Assembly (NCBI GenBank): GCA_036172245.1
Contig: JAYWIR010000002.1
Location: 1,364,001-1,428,000, forward strand
Length of the DNA: 64,000 nucleotides
DNA from: Raillietiella orientalis
Taxonomy: Eukaryota
Reading direction: 5' to 3'
The notes below the pieces were generated by a model, which was not told where the DNA came from, made no database searches, and saw only the letters and a program-made list of their open reading frames with translations. The translations under genes and the position numbers were made by a program. This document shows positions 26,101 through 49,700 of the stretch, one piece after another; position 1 is the stretch's first letter, and every line of letters starts with the position of its first letter.

Positions 26101-27950
26101 ACGAGCGCATCGGGAAGGACGGATAAACGCTCTCCCGGGTGGACCTCTGCTCATTCATATTAGAGGGTGGAGGTGTACCCCCAGGGTGCTTCCCACAGCT
26201 GCTGAGGCCCTTCTTCATGGACGACACTGGGACCTCGTCAACAAAGAAGAGACTCCGGAGGAATGTCTGCTTCCGGGGTTCCCCTTCAGGTTTTCCCCCT
26301 TCCACCTCAGTCGCTGAGATGAGGAAAAGGGAAAGGGGGGAGAGGTGCCCTCACTCAGCCGGGAATCGCCTCGAGTGGAAGGGAACATGGCCACCTTGAG
26401 GACGCCGACGTCCACACCATTGGCAGCGGCGGGGTGGTTCCCTAAGCTCTGGGTGACTCGGAGGTCGAACCGGAGACCTCCTGTCCCCTGCACCAGGGCA
26501 GTCGAAGGAGTTGTCCCACCCGGGTGCCAGGAGGAGGAGGGGCAGAGAGAGCAGCGAAGCGGAGCTGAGCCTTCACCCCGCTCGGCAACAGCAGGAAGCG
26601 TGCCGCCTCCCATAGCCGCAGAGGGGGTGCGGGGAGGGAGGGAACCACGGACGTCCCCTTCCGGCAGCATTACCAGCAGCCTTTCCGGCCCCCCGTCGTC
26701 TTCTTCAAGAGGAGGGGGAAGGTCTGCATATGAAAAGTAGGAAGGGGGGGGGGAGGAAGAGGAAAGCTGGAGGCAGTTCGAGACGGAAGGCCAGGTCGGG
26801 TCGGACCAGCGGCGGCGAAGGACCCCGCAAAGATGGTCCAGCGCGGGATCCTCCTTGAATTCGGACTGCAGGTAGTGGGGAGAGTGCGGCTGGCGAGTCT
26901 GAGGAGTCGCCTCTGCACGGCCCTTCCTGGAAGGGGTCCAAGGGATTGCCTGCCTCTTCGAAGCTAGCCCGCGGGGACGGGCGAGTCAGGAAGCGGGAGG
27001 AAGGAGATCGGCGCGCGTCTTTCCCTTCCCTCCTTTTACTGCTGCTCCTCGGCCTCCCTTCCTTCCTATCCCCAGGAACGTCTCCATCGGCTGACTTTCG
27101 GGGGAAGAGAAGGGGGAGGGAGGAATAGGGGAGGGAGGGGAGGGAGGATAGGGAAGAGAGGTCATCCCGGCGGAAGAGCCTCAGAGGGAGAAGGTGGAGC
27201 TAGGGATCGAAGCGCAGAATGCGCGGGAAGGGAATCGGAGGAGTGGGCGGTTGGGAGAGAGCAAGATGCCGGGAGCGGAGCGCCCGCGCGCGGCTCGCCG
27301 ACGCGCTATTTCGGGATCAATGGCAGAGGCTCTCTCCCCGCCCGCATCCCGGCGGGGCGGAAAGCGGTGGAGGTCGCACATTCTGGCTCGCCGCTCCCTC
27401 CCGGAGGCGCTTGCCTCCTGCAGCTCCTTCCTCCTTCTTCCTCCCCCCTTCTTTTCCTGCATCAGCGCAGGGGAAGCCAGCATGCGGCAGCTCTCACAGG
27501 TCCTCTCCTGCCGGGAGCTCCCGAGAGCATTCGACGTCGTCACCGCCGCCGCAGACGGTCCCGGAGTCATTCCTCTGGTCCCTTGGGGCGGTGCTTGGAG
27601 TGCCCTCCTCCGGAAGAAGGAAGCCCACGCACGGGAGCATCGTCCTCTCCCGCATGGGCCAACCAGCTGCCACCGCCCCGGGCGAACGCATGATCTGGAC
27701 TCCTTCCCTTCCGCCTCGCCGGAGGCTCGCGCGTGGCCTCTCTCCCTCCTCCTCATCGAGCATGCGCAGATCTCCTCGCCAGGAAGGGGTCGCCGGAATG
27801 TCATCCGAATCTCCCTCTCTTTCTCCCCCGCACCGTCCACTCCCTCTCGCCCACGCCCTCCTCGTGCTTTCGAGAACGCCAGGCGCTGCGACGGGGGACG
27901 TAGAGTAGTGACCTCCTCCACCTCCTCCGGCCCCTGGGGTCTCAGACGCC
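23093..27950 (-). mobile_element. Near-full-length decayed L1/Tx1-like LINE (copy D), with an AT-rich interruption at ~23560-23720
   Basis: Minus strand in order: RQERTCESC (ORF1 knuckle), NGVDVGVLK, SSGVS, SVYP, GDDN, SLSNQR (APE motifs), WDPDAGF (PGPDG-like), LHGNLSSP...RRSM (RT4), GEVN (RT6), CCIRGV...RWPHLG (C-terminus), and the terminal hairpin motif at 23093-23124. Confidence 0.65.
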
Positions 27951-27959
27951 ACTCGAGGG

Positions 27960-28740
27960 ATACGGGCGTTCCTTGCGAGTACGGGAGGCCGGAATCTTCT
28001 TCCTAGATGGAGAGAGCGCTCAGTTCTCCCTGGAAACTGCTTATTCGTCCTCTCTCCAGAAGAACGATGGAGAGAAAGAAGAAGAAATCAAACCGCAAAG
28101 AAGATGAAGGAAAGGAAGAAAAAGGAAACGGGATGTTTCTTGCAACAGCAACAACAAACCATGGGAAAGGGTGGGAAACAGAAGAAGAAGGCGTGGCGAA
28201 AACGGGCGAGACAGCACGTGAACGGCAGTCGCGGAAGAAACGCCTTGCCAGCCTGAAGGGCGAGCCGCATCCGCGGGAAAGCAGCTCTACCGAAGGTGAA
28301 CTCTCGCACACCTTCCTCCTCTTTCGGCTACTCACCGGTTCCGCGAGCGCTTGAAGCTTTGAAGACCCCAGCACGGAGCTGCCGCCAGCCCCAGAATTTA
28401 CTTCCATTGCGAGTCGCAGCCCTTCGCGGGCCACGAGCCCTTGACAGAGAAGGAGGCATCACAGAGTCCGTTGGAGGATTCAGTGCTTTCGATAACTCCG
28501 TGTACCAGTTTCCTGCCGTATAATTCCCGACGGACGTACCATCCTGAGCGCCATCTCTGCGCACCTGCAACGCTTCGAAATCTGGACGCTTCCCCCCTCC
28601 GGCTTTGATGCTCCGATTCCGGGCTTCTGCGGATTGAGTTCCAAGTTCAGCCTTTCCATTCATCTCTGTTTCCAAACCTGGGAACGGCTGGCGACAGGGG
28701 TGTTGCGATCCTCAGAATGGCAACCGTGCACCTTCTTCCT
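27960..28740 (+). mobile_element. L1/Tx1-like ORF2 linker fragment (between APE and RT)
   Basis: SPWKLL (cf. WKLN..LL), KGWETEEEGVAK...SRKKR, LDREGGITES...SVYQF. The sequence is decayed. Confidence 0.35.
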
Positions 28741-29249
28741 CTTTTTCTATCTAAGTTCTGTCCCGCATTCGGATAACTAAGACGTATTTCTGTTATTCAT
28801 TTTCTGCATCCTGCTTGCATCTTACATCTTCGAGCCCAAACCACGCGCTGTGTATACGGATACATTTACGTTTTCCTGATGGGGAAATGGATTTCTTATT
28901 TTTAGAATTTGGCCTTAAATCACGAACCATGATTCTCTGGCTACTGTTCTTAAGCGGGAAATTTTTTGGTTTAGCTTTTCCGCTTCTTTCCAGGGCACCT
29001 CGAGCTTTAGAACCCTTGGTCTCCTTCTTGGAAATATCTTATTTTGAACGATTTTTCCCATTTAAACCTTCAGATGTTTCTTAGTCATACGTAATGAATG
29101 GCGAAGTTGACGGTAATTATTTTCAAAAAATGCTTTAAAGACCTCATGCCTGTGTCACTTCATGGAAATAATGAGCAACCTTTTTAAGTTCGTTCGTTCA
29201 GGAACTTCGAATTAAGACTTTTGTTTCGAGAAGGAACACAAAAAGTTGT

Positions 29250-29269
29250 TATATATATATATATATATA
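29250..29269. repeat. (TA)n microsatellite
   Basis: tatatatatatatatatata. Confidence 0.9.
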
Positions 29270-32200
29270 AAATCCCTTTTGATAGAACAATTGACTGTTG
29301 CTAGACCTTTTCAGTTGGTTTCTGCTTGCTCCGAATTTGGTAACAGACACGAGCCAAGATGTTTTCTTAGGATGCAAAAAGAAATTTCCAGAAATTATTT
29401 ATAAACTACGAAAACCTTCGTGGTTCGCAAACAAATACCTGGAGAAAGCATCACTTTCACAGTGGTCCGTCAATGATGTTCTTCCGCATTTCCCCCCCCC
29501 CCCCCTTCTCTTGTTCCTCTTCTTCCCACTAACAGATTTTGCAGCTCGCTGAACAGGCATGCGAAGACTGAAATGTTAGAAATGATGGAAGCCCTTCCGA
29601 CTTTTCCCACCAGAAATCTAACAGGGGAAAGAGTAAACGGATATGTCGCCTGGCGCTAAATTTAGAAAGGCAAGTTCGGCACAAAAAGCGATCTAAATGT
29701 TTCGGCACGAACTTTTATCTCCTCCTTCCATTAGAGGAGAGAACAAAAACTCTCTTCCTGCTCCGTACATTGGATGGTTAATTCATAAGGCTTCTGGTTA
29801 TTTATTTATTTCACGTACAGTTCCGGTCTGTTTAAAGCACGCTGTTTCCGAAACAAAGCAATTTTTATTTATTTATTTGTTTAAAAAAAAGGGGGTGGAG
29901 GGTCATGATGTTGAAAACAAAAAAAAAAACGAAAAAATGGATGTACGCAGTTGCGACGTGTACAGTTCCGCAATGCAGACGGGCACACAGGGTGTGTACA
30001 TTTCGAAAATTCCGCGATCCATCTGTTTTCCGCAGTGAGCCCACCCAGCTCAGTAACCGTTCCCAACGCGACCACATGACTACGGGAAAGACCGTGACTC
30101 ATTTGACTCCTGATATTCTGATCCCGATTCAATGCAGTTGCAATCGGACGCTGGCAACAACGGCTCCGGGAGAGAGGGAAGAAGGAGGAGGAAGAAAAGG
30201 AACCGCACGGGGGAAGGGCCCCTGCGTTCCAGCCCGGGCCGTTTCCTCGGAAGCGCGCGCTCCATTGTTGGAAAGCAGGCGCATTGTTGCGCAACGTTCG
30301 CGCACGAATTCCAAAAACAGCGAGGCATCCGAGAATTCTTTTTTCGCTTCGGCATTCTGGATGGATTTGCGAGAGAGCATCCGAATGCTGTCTTGAGCTG
30401 AAGAAGAAAAGGGAGGGAGGGGGGGGAGAAGATGAAACGGCATACGGGTTTCTGATTTATGGCATTTAAAAATACACCATGCTTTTGAATACCTCAAGAA
30501 AGCCAAAAAAAATTTCCTTTTTTCTGTTTTTTTTTTTTTTTTGTTGGTCCATTATTCGTTAAAGAGTTAAATGCTTTGAGTCAAAAATTCTTTTCTGAAG
30601 ATTTCATCCTTTTTTTCCCCTCTCTCCCTCGCTGGAGGAATATTGCTTGCGCCGCTGTTTCAGGTAGAACTGAATCGGATGCTCCATAACGAATTTCGAC
30701 ACTGTTTCATGGATTAGATATCTTTTTTGTTTCTTCAGATCTTGTTTTTATCGACGCAAAATACCATGGTCTGTATTTCATCCCGCCTTTTATTTAAATC
30801 CACTAAACATATGGAAGGAGTTCTGTTCGTAATTTTTTTCGTTTTTCTTTTTCCTTTTCCATGATCCTGTTCGATTTCTTGCACATTTCTTTTTCACCAG
30901 AAGGAAAATTTCTGGTGAGATAAAGTTTCGTTATCAACGCATAATCTCGGTGGAAAGCCTTAGATGGGAAACACATCTCTGAAAAGGGCAGATTTACAAG
31001 AAAGCTTACAGTGCATGTTTAAATTCAAATAACACTCAAAACAATCCTCCTCCCTCCAAGAGAGCACCAATCTTGCATGAGAAACAAGAACACTCATGTA
31101 ATGCAATGCACCCGAATGTAGGAAATAATTAGAAATTGTTTTCCTGGAAGTGTCCCCTTTTGTTCACTGTCGTTCATTTACCATGTACTACATTTTCTGA
31201 AGACATTTTTAAATGTGGTTTTTAAAGAGCCTTCCTAAGAATACGACTCCCTCTAAAAACATTTCGGAATAACCTGAATTCTTTTCGATGGCCATGGAAA
31301 CTGCCTCGTCCCGTGGATGGAGGAGATTTGCTCTTCCAACCGACGGCCAGGGTGGTTCACGGACCCAAGATTTCGTGAATTTCCGTTAAGCGTTGATGGC
31401 CTCCAATTCGCAGAACCAAACATGCAACCACGAGAGGCCTGCTGGCAAGACTTCTGCCCTTCGGAAGAGTTGTGAAAGCCCTTTGCCCCGATGCGGAGTT
31501 TCCTGCGAACGGTAAAAAACTTCCATTTCGTTCCTGACTCATACCCACGAATTCAATTCACGTCTGCTACTTTCCTCAAACGATCTCATCATTCATCTGA
31601 AGACTGGTGTGACACCTCTCAAAATTTCAAGAACGCAATTCGAGGAAGTGGATTTTCTCCCCGTTGTGGCTGGCTTGCAAGACAGGTGTCATGTTGTACT
31701 TCAGAATTTCTAATAACATGCGGGTTCTCAGTTTGGCGCGCCCATTCGCTTAAGTAAAATCATTTTTGCGATTGGCATTCGGAAGACCACTGTGCTCTGT
31801 TTCTTCCCTTCATGATTTCTCATTTTGAAAGTTTCTGTGTTTCATCTGCATAGAACAGCAGCACAAACTCCGGGCGGGCTTTCCCGTCTCACTTGGCTGC
31901 ATGGTTACGGTACAACTAAGGTAATCGCTTCACATTGTCGTGTTGAAGGATCCGATGGTCGGACGCTGCTGGAAGGACGCACCACAACTTGAGCCAATAA
32001 GCGTCTAGCAACATGTAATCTATATCACAGTGGGTTTACAGAGTGCGCGCATCTGTATAAGGTAGTACGACAGTTCTTAAAAATTAGCAGTTTTAGTGTA
32101 TTCAAAAATCGTGGTTATTAGCAAGTAAGTATTGATAACTGTTTTCTTTCTGATATATATATTTGATACATGTCGTCGCTTAGAAGACCGTGAAGTAATT

Positions 32201-32593
32201 TTTGTCACATTGTTTCGAGATGGATATCGTGTCTAAAGTGAAATCATAATTGTAATCCATAGAAATGTTTTCCAGTTCCTTACTGCTCGGTGTATCTGCT
32301 AATAAGGCATCAAAGTTGTTGAGAATACCAGAATTATAGAAAAGTAAATGACACATTTTTTCCTGTCGCTCTCTTTTAAAACAGACATATGCAGCAACTT
32401 CGAGTTGTAGAGTTGAATTCTGTTAAAAATTCTCCAGTTTGTAAATTTTTTAGAATGACCGTCATAGATTAAACGCACTGTTTGCAGTATACTGTAACTT
32501 TGTGATTAACGTTTTTTTATGTGTTCAAAATATTATTCGAAATATCAGTCTGATTTCTAATTGAACCAAGTAGAATTGAGGTAATTTAAAAAT

Positions 32594-32909
<316 letters not shown>

Positions 32910-33122
32910 TTTATCTTACAGTATATACATTTTGGAGTGATTGTACTCAAATTAAATTTGCTGCACATATTCAGCAAATCTGTTCCATTATTAATTGATG
33001 TTATGAGAGAAGATAAATTTATGTTAACCTTGATTGAGAAATGGCCTAAGAATCCATTCATTCATTATAATAATGTATGCTTGGTTCTTAATAAAGTTTG
33101 AAGAATTTCTTAATTTGCTTTA

Positions 33123-43708
<10,586 letters not shown>

Positions 43709-43772
43709 TTTGTATCGGCAAATAAGAGCGTGATGCTGCGTTAGCATTGTGCCCCAATTCAGATGTTTAGCA
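43709..43772. promoter_or_regulatory. Bidirectional promoter / overlapping 5' region of COQ5 and CPD
   Basis: Divergent ATGs at 43708 (-) and 43773 (+) are separated by 64 bp. Confidence 0.7.
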
Positions 43773-46700
43773 ATGAAAAACTACATTTATTATTTGGTAT
43801 TGGCTTTATGTTTCCCAAAGTTTTTCCAACTGTCATCAAGTGATTTCCATTATCATGGCTACGAAGACTTGAAAGTGCTTTGTCAAAGTTTGCAAGCCAA
43901 GAATCCAACTCATGTTCAATGCTACAGCATTGGAAAGTCGGTGCAAAAAAAAGACTTATTTGTTATAAAAATCAGCGAGAATGTCAGTCATAGGGATTTG
44001 GGTGAACCAATGGTTAAAATTGTTGCTAACATGCATGGCGATGAAGCATTAGGTAGAGAAATTGCTATTCAACTCGCCATGTATTTGTGTGAAGAATATG
44101 GGAGAAATGCAACTATTACTGCTTTATTACAGGCAACAGAAATTCATATTTTACCCAGCCTCAATCCTGATGGTTTCGAAATAGCAAAGGCAATTATTGT
44201 TTTACTATTGTTTAAGTAAATGTAAATTATTCTGGAAAACATAAATAAACCGAAGTATGAATATTTCATACTTCGGTTTATGAATATTTCAGTAACATCA
44301 GTAATCCATGTGCTACATCAAATATGTGAAGAGGATTTACATTATTCATATAATTGATTTAAGCAGTGAGTTTTGTTGACAGAAAATGTGTTTTTGTAGG
44401 AAGGAGAATGTTCTAACGGACCAGGAAGAAACAATTATCATAATGTAGATTTAAATCGAAATTTCCCAACTCATTGGAATGATCTTCGAGGATGTGAGAG
44501 TTTCTCAGCTGATAGGGAGCCAGAAACAAGAGCTGCAATGGGTTGGATTCTCGAAAAACCTTTTGTACTTTCTGCAAACCTACATGGTGGAAGCCTGGTA
44601 GCTAGTTATCCTCTGGATGACTTTTTGTAATTACCTTAAATTTCACATTTGTTTTCAGTGTCTGTTTTGGATATAAAATACCTTGATGGATGTAACAAAC
44701 AATTGCATTTGGCACTCGAAACATGCTTCAAAATATAAACATACATATCTGAACATGTATATTTGTAGGTTTATTCAGGTATAGCTCAGGATTTTCAAAA
44801 TGACAGTGTTAGCCTAGTAATGTATGAGATCAAGTAGGAAGCAAAGTAATGCTTTCGGTTTCATTCTATAATGATGTAAAATCCAAGAATTTTATATAAT
44901 ATGATAAGACTGATCTAAGAATTATGAAAATCATTTATATTGCTTCATGTTTTTTTTTTCCTATTTTTGAAAGTAATGTGTTCAAATGAAGTTTTTCTAA
45001 TTATTTGCTATGTAGCAGCATCTGAAATCCAAAGGTTGCGAATATTTTGCCATTTTTCCATTAATTAGTATACAGTTCTTGATCTTTACAAGCATATTGA
45101 TGTAATCCTTAGTAATATTTGATCATGTGAAATGTGTGTTTTTTTTTCATTGTAAAGACAGAAAAGGGGCTCAAGTGTTGTAACTGAAATGAGCTTTCGA
45201 ATTTCAAGGAAATGTAGGAATAATATATTGGTGCATTAAAAGTATACAGCATAATTTTTCTCTTGAAACTGAATATTTCTCCCAACTATCTAATTTATGT
45301 TATTCTTTGTTTTTTTCAAGTGAATAATTGAGTTTTGTTTAATTTGAGTTTGTGTTATGCAAGCATAGAAGTAGTTCTCATTTTTTTGAAAAAACAACAT
45401 ATTTAATTGAACACATGTTTGCCACATTAGTTGCTTGTCATTCATATTTGTTGTGAATAATTGATTATTGAAAGTCCTAAAGAAATGATAGAGAAGTTTA
45501 GAATGTAGGAAACTTGAGAATGTATATATCTCAACACATAATTAAATCATTAAAATTCTGGAATGCATAAAGAGGTTATTCAAAAAATTGTTATGTTGCA
45601 GGACTAGCACAACTGTAAGTCATTCTCTGTAATGCATAGTTGTAATGCATAGTCATTTTATGCATAGTTCACAATGAAATTAATACAGTGAGAAGTATAG
45701 AGAAAACTTTTTGTTTAATCATCATGGTATTGAAAAATGGTACTTAATTGGAAATGTTTTCAGTTTTCCTGCTGTGAAAGGACAAAAGAGCTTGACTCCT
45801 GATCATGAGCTTTTTGAATTCTTGGCTCACAATTACTCAACTAGTCATTTAACAATGAGCTCAAACAATGATGTAGATGCACAGTTTGATAATGGGGTTA
45901 TTAATGGTGCCCAGTGGTATGAAGTAACAGGTATGATTTGCTTGCATTGAAGACAAAGAATATTTCTGCTTTTATGTGATGAATTTGATTTCATGTTCAT
46001 GTGTTAATATTTTTCATGCATTTATTTGTATCATGCATGTGTAATTTTTCAATTGTTATTCAGTATGCAATAAAAAGTGACAAGAAAGTAAAGTTCTTCA
46101 TCACTGTTTATTAATAAGTGGTTACATTGTATGTGAGCATACATTTTTAGTATTTGATATGGTGAATGTAATCAAATAATAGAAATACTATCATTGCTTT
46201 TGTAGGTGGTATGCAAGATTTCAATTATGTGTACAGTAATTGCTTGGAACTTACATTAGAGTTATCTTGTTGTAAATACCCAAATTCTACATATCTTGAA
46301 CAAGAATGGGAAAATAATAAAAATGCTCTCATCAATTTTCTGCATAATGCCCACCAGGGAATAAAAGGTAAGCATGTTATATAGAGTGGAGCTCAAGTGC
46401 AACTTGCATTTTGGTTAGCAGTTTTTATTTCTTACTTCAACCCTGATTATTGCTTTCTATAAATTTTTTAGGTATTTTATTTATATTGACTGAGTTGTAT
46501 CATTTACGAGACAGTAAAAGCTGTTTAAATATATGTGTGCACATGTGCATTTTTTGGTTTTTTTCTCTTTGGCTGTTTACTTCATGTTCCAGTTGATGAA
46601 ATTAAGTTTATTTCTCTTAGTTTGTGAATTCTTTGTTGTTATTTGAAGTGTGTGCACAGTAAACTTTCATTTATTTGCTACTCAGCTTGGAGTTACAGCT

Positions 46701-49700
46701 TTTCTATGCATAAAAGGCAGATAAAGGACTTGGTTTCTAAATTGTTGATGCATGCTTATGATTGCACAAAGTATTAGTGACAGTTTCTGAGATTTTGTTT
46801 GCATTTTATCAAGTAGTTTATTTTGGGTTTAAGAACTTACTCCCATTATGTTATGGCTAGAGCATAATAACGTAATCATTTGGAAACATGAAAATCATTT
46901 GGAAACTGATTGAAAAAATGTTTTCAGAAAATCATCATAAATTAAACACGTTGTTTATGAAAGATCAGATTTGATAAATTTACTTACTAAACACTCTGCA
47001 CCACGAATATCAGTTTTTCAATTATTTTCAATTATAAGGATGGTCATCATCAATGATTAGTAATGGTTGGAGATTAATTAGCAATTTTAAAATGAACTCA
47101 GCAAGTACCTGGAAATCATAAATTGATGGTTTTATTAGGACTGAGAGTATAGTGTTTTTTTTAAATAATGCATCACTTGATAGCAATCTGTGAATGCTGT
47201 GTTAAGAAGCCATCAGAAAAAAAAAAGTACTCAAGATCAAAATTTAGAAGCTACAAAAGAGAAAATTCGTTTTTGGTAGACATTTTAACTGTGATAAATG
47301 CCAAACAAAACTTGAAGCAGCATTTTAGAATGAACTGATGGTTGTTCTGACAGATAAGGAAAACAAGATGGTGGTATGAAATCCGCATTTTAAAAAGGTT
47401 AGCTCAATGAATGTATGTGTTATAATAATAGTGAAGTAAATTTAATAATCAAAGAATGAATTCCATGTTTGGATGTGTTTTGCTATTTAGTAGATCTGGG
47501 AATTAAAACAAATCAAACAGGATTAGAATCATCTCAGTGACACATCTCAGATTTTTATGCTCAGTAAGAATCTCAGATCTTTCACAAAGTTAGTTTTTCC
47601 AGTCTAGAATCGTAAATGTACATTAGGAAACAAAAGTAGTTTTTCTTGTAGACTGCATACTTCCGGTAATTCCAAGTATAGTACTATTGCTATTATGTGA
47701 AAGTGAATAGTTGGAAATATATGTAGTGTTCTCTTGCAAAAGAACGTTCTTGTGTTGCTTAATGCCAATAGAAGTCAAACAGTTGGCTTCTTTTTTTTTC
47801 TTTCTTTCTTTTTTTTTCAACTTAATTTCATGATGAAAAATAAAAAGATTGAGAGAGCAATGGCATACATCTATTGCAAGATTTCCAAGCTTCATTTGTA
47901 GGCGCATAGATATCGGTTGTTTCAGTCAAATAGTGACCAAAAATAACATTAGACATCTATAGTCAAGTAAAAACATCACTAAAGAGTACATTACTATTAT
48001 AGTTCATTAAATTAAGTGAAATAGAAATAAGCAATACATACAACTTTTACATTTCGATATGCAGGTTTTTTCAAGAATTAAAAATTAGCAGGAATTGGTG
48101 AAACAGTGAGGCAGCAATGAAGGTAGACCAAAAAAATTTTGAAATTGCCTAGAACTACTGCAAGAAAAAAACAGTCAAGGATATAAGTGTATACACAATT
48201 CATTTCAAAAAGAATGAAATTGAGGAAAAACAATGAAATTGCACTTTGGTCTTTTGCAAAGTAGTTGAGAACAAGAAGTGGATCAGTGGCCCATCTTTCC
48301 AGAACATGTTGTTCATTGGATGAACAACATTTGCAACTTGCCACAGAATCACAACAGCATGCTTACACAGATCACAAAAGTTACATAGTTTTATTACTTA
48401 TGCAATTCATTGGGAATATTATTTTCCAAAAGATAGATCATCAACATATTATCTCAATGCATCTGAATCATTATGTACATGCATTTAGAGTTATCCATTG
48501 AAATTAAAATGTTTCGATTCTAATTACAATTTCACTTGTGGAACATGCATGTGATAAAATTAAATTATATTTTACTTTTTGTTTTCATTAGGATTTTAAT
48601 TGGTATTATTGTATTATGTTCTTATTTTTGTTAAAAATCATTTTTAAGCCATTGAGACCATAATTATCATTCTATAAATGCCAAACGAAATGAAATCTGA
48701 GGCACTCTAATGGGCAATTTTCAAAATTTTCAAAACTATATGATTATGTATTGTATTTTCAGTGTTGTTCATTAAACCGTTCAGTGATAATTTTGAAAAA
48801 GAAACGATGGGAATACATGCTTATAAACTGCTAAACTCTGGTCCCCATTCTAGCGCATAATTCTTTTGCCTTTTACTAACGAATTTTGTGGATGGGAACT
48901 TCTAACTGATATTAAATGTACATTTCCAGTATCCTGAATTGATGAATTATTAAGAGAAAAGTGTATATGCCTTCGTTTTTAATGATGTCATTATAGTCCG
49001 TAAATGATGACAAGATGTCCCTTTTATATAGGTATTTGCCATGCTATTTTGTGCTAATAATCATATCTTTTGTGTCTTTTGTTTCATATTTAAACTATTA
49101 TATTTAAGATTGTAACGTTTAAAATTTTGAGATTTTATTGGCATTTGTATTTCTTGCAAAAGATTCTTTAGAAAAGTGTTTTATTGATCCATTGTGTCAC
49201 TCATGGGCTTGTCAGTTCATTATATTTGTTCCATTCTCGCATTGGTAGTTCCTTTTTTAGAAACTGTAGCAAATGAGTTATGTAAGCAATGTAGCTTGAG
49301 AAAGTATTTCTCATTCCAAGGAAAATTAAAGTTGTTTTCTTTGAGCAAGTTTTCCAAATCAAAGTAAAAACAGCATAGTCATGTTGGGGTTTCCAGGAAG
49401 ATTTATGTAGTAAAAGTGAATGATGTGTTTAATGAACAAATGGAAACTAAGAGGTGTACTTGCATAGTCCTGTGAAAATAAATGAAGCATAAAGAGTAGT
49501 CTTTCAAAATGAAATTTAAGACAATTTGTTGGAAGTTCTAAAAGTATCCTAAAATATGTAAGAGAATTTGTCTCTGTTATGTTACAAGTTAAGTGTAATT
49601 AATAGAGTAATGGCGTTTTAAATCATATTTCGATTACATTTCTGTTGAGTTCAATCAAGCTTTTAATTTTATTGATTTTTTAAATGTACATTTCAAGTTT

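Noticed and set aside
30129-30400. MRLLSNNGA...GTQGP as an ankyrin repeat remnant
   Set aside because: It is one weak partial repeat with no TPLH motif and cannot be supported.
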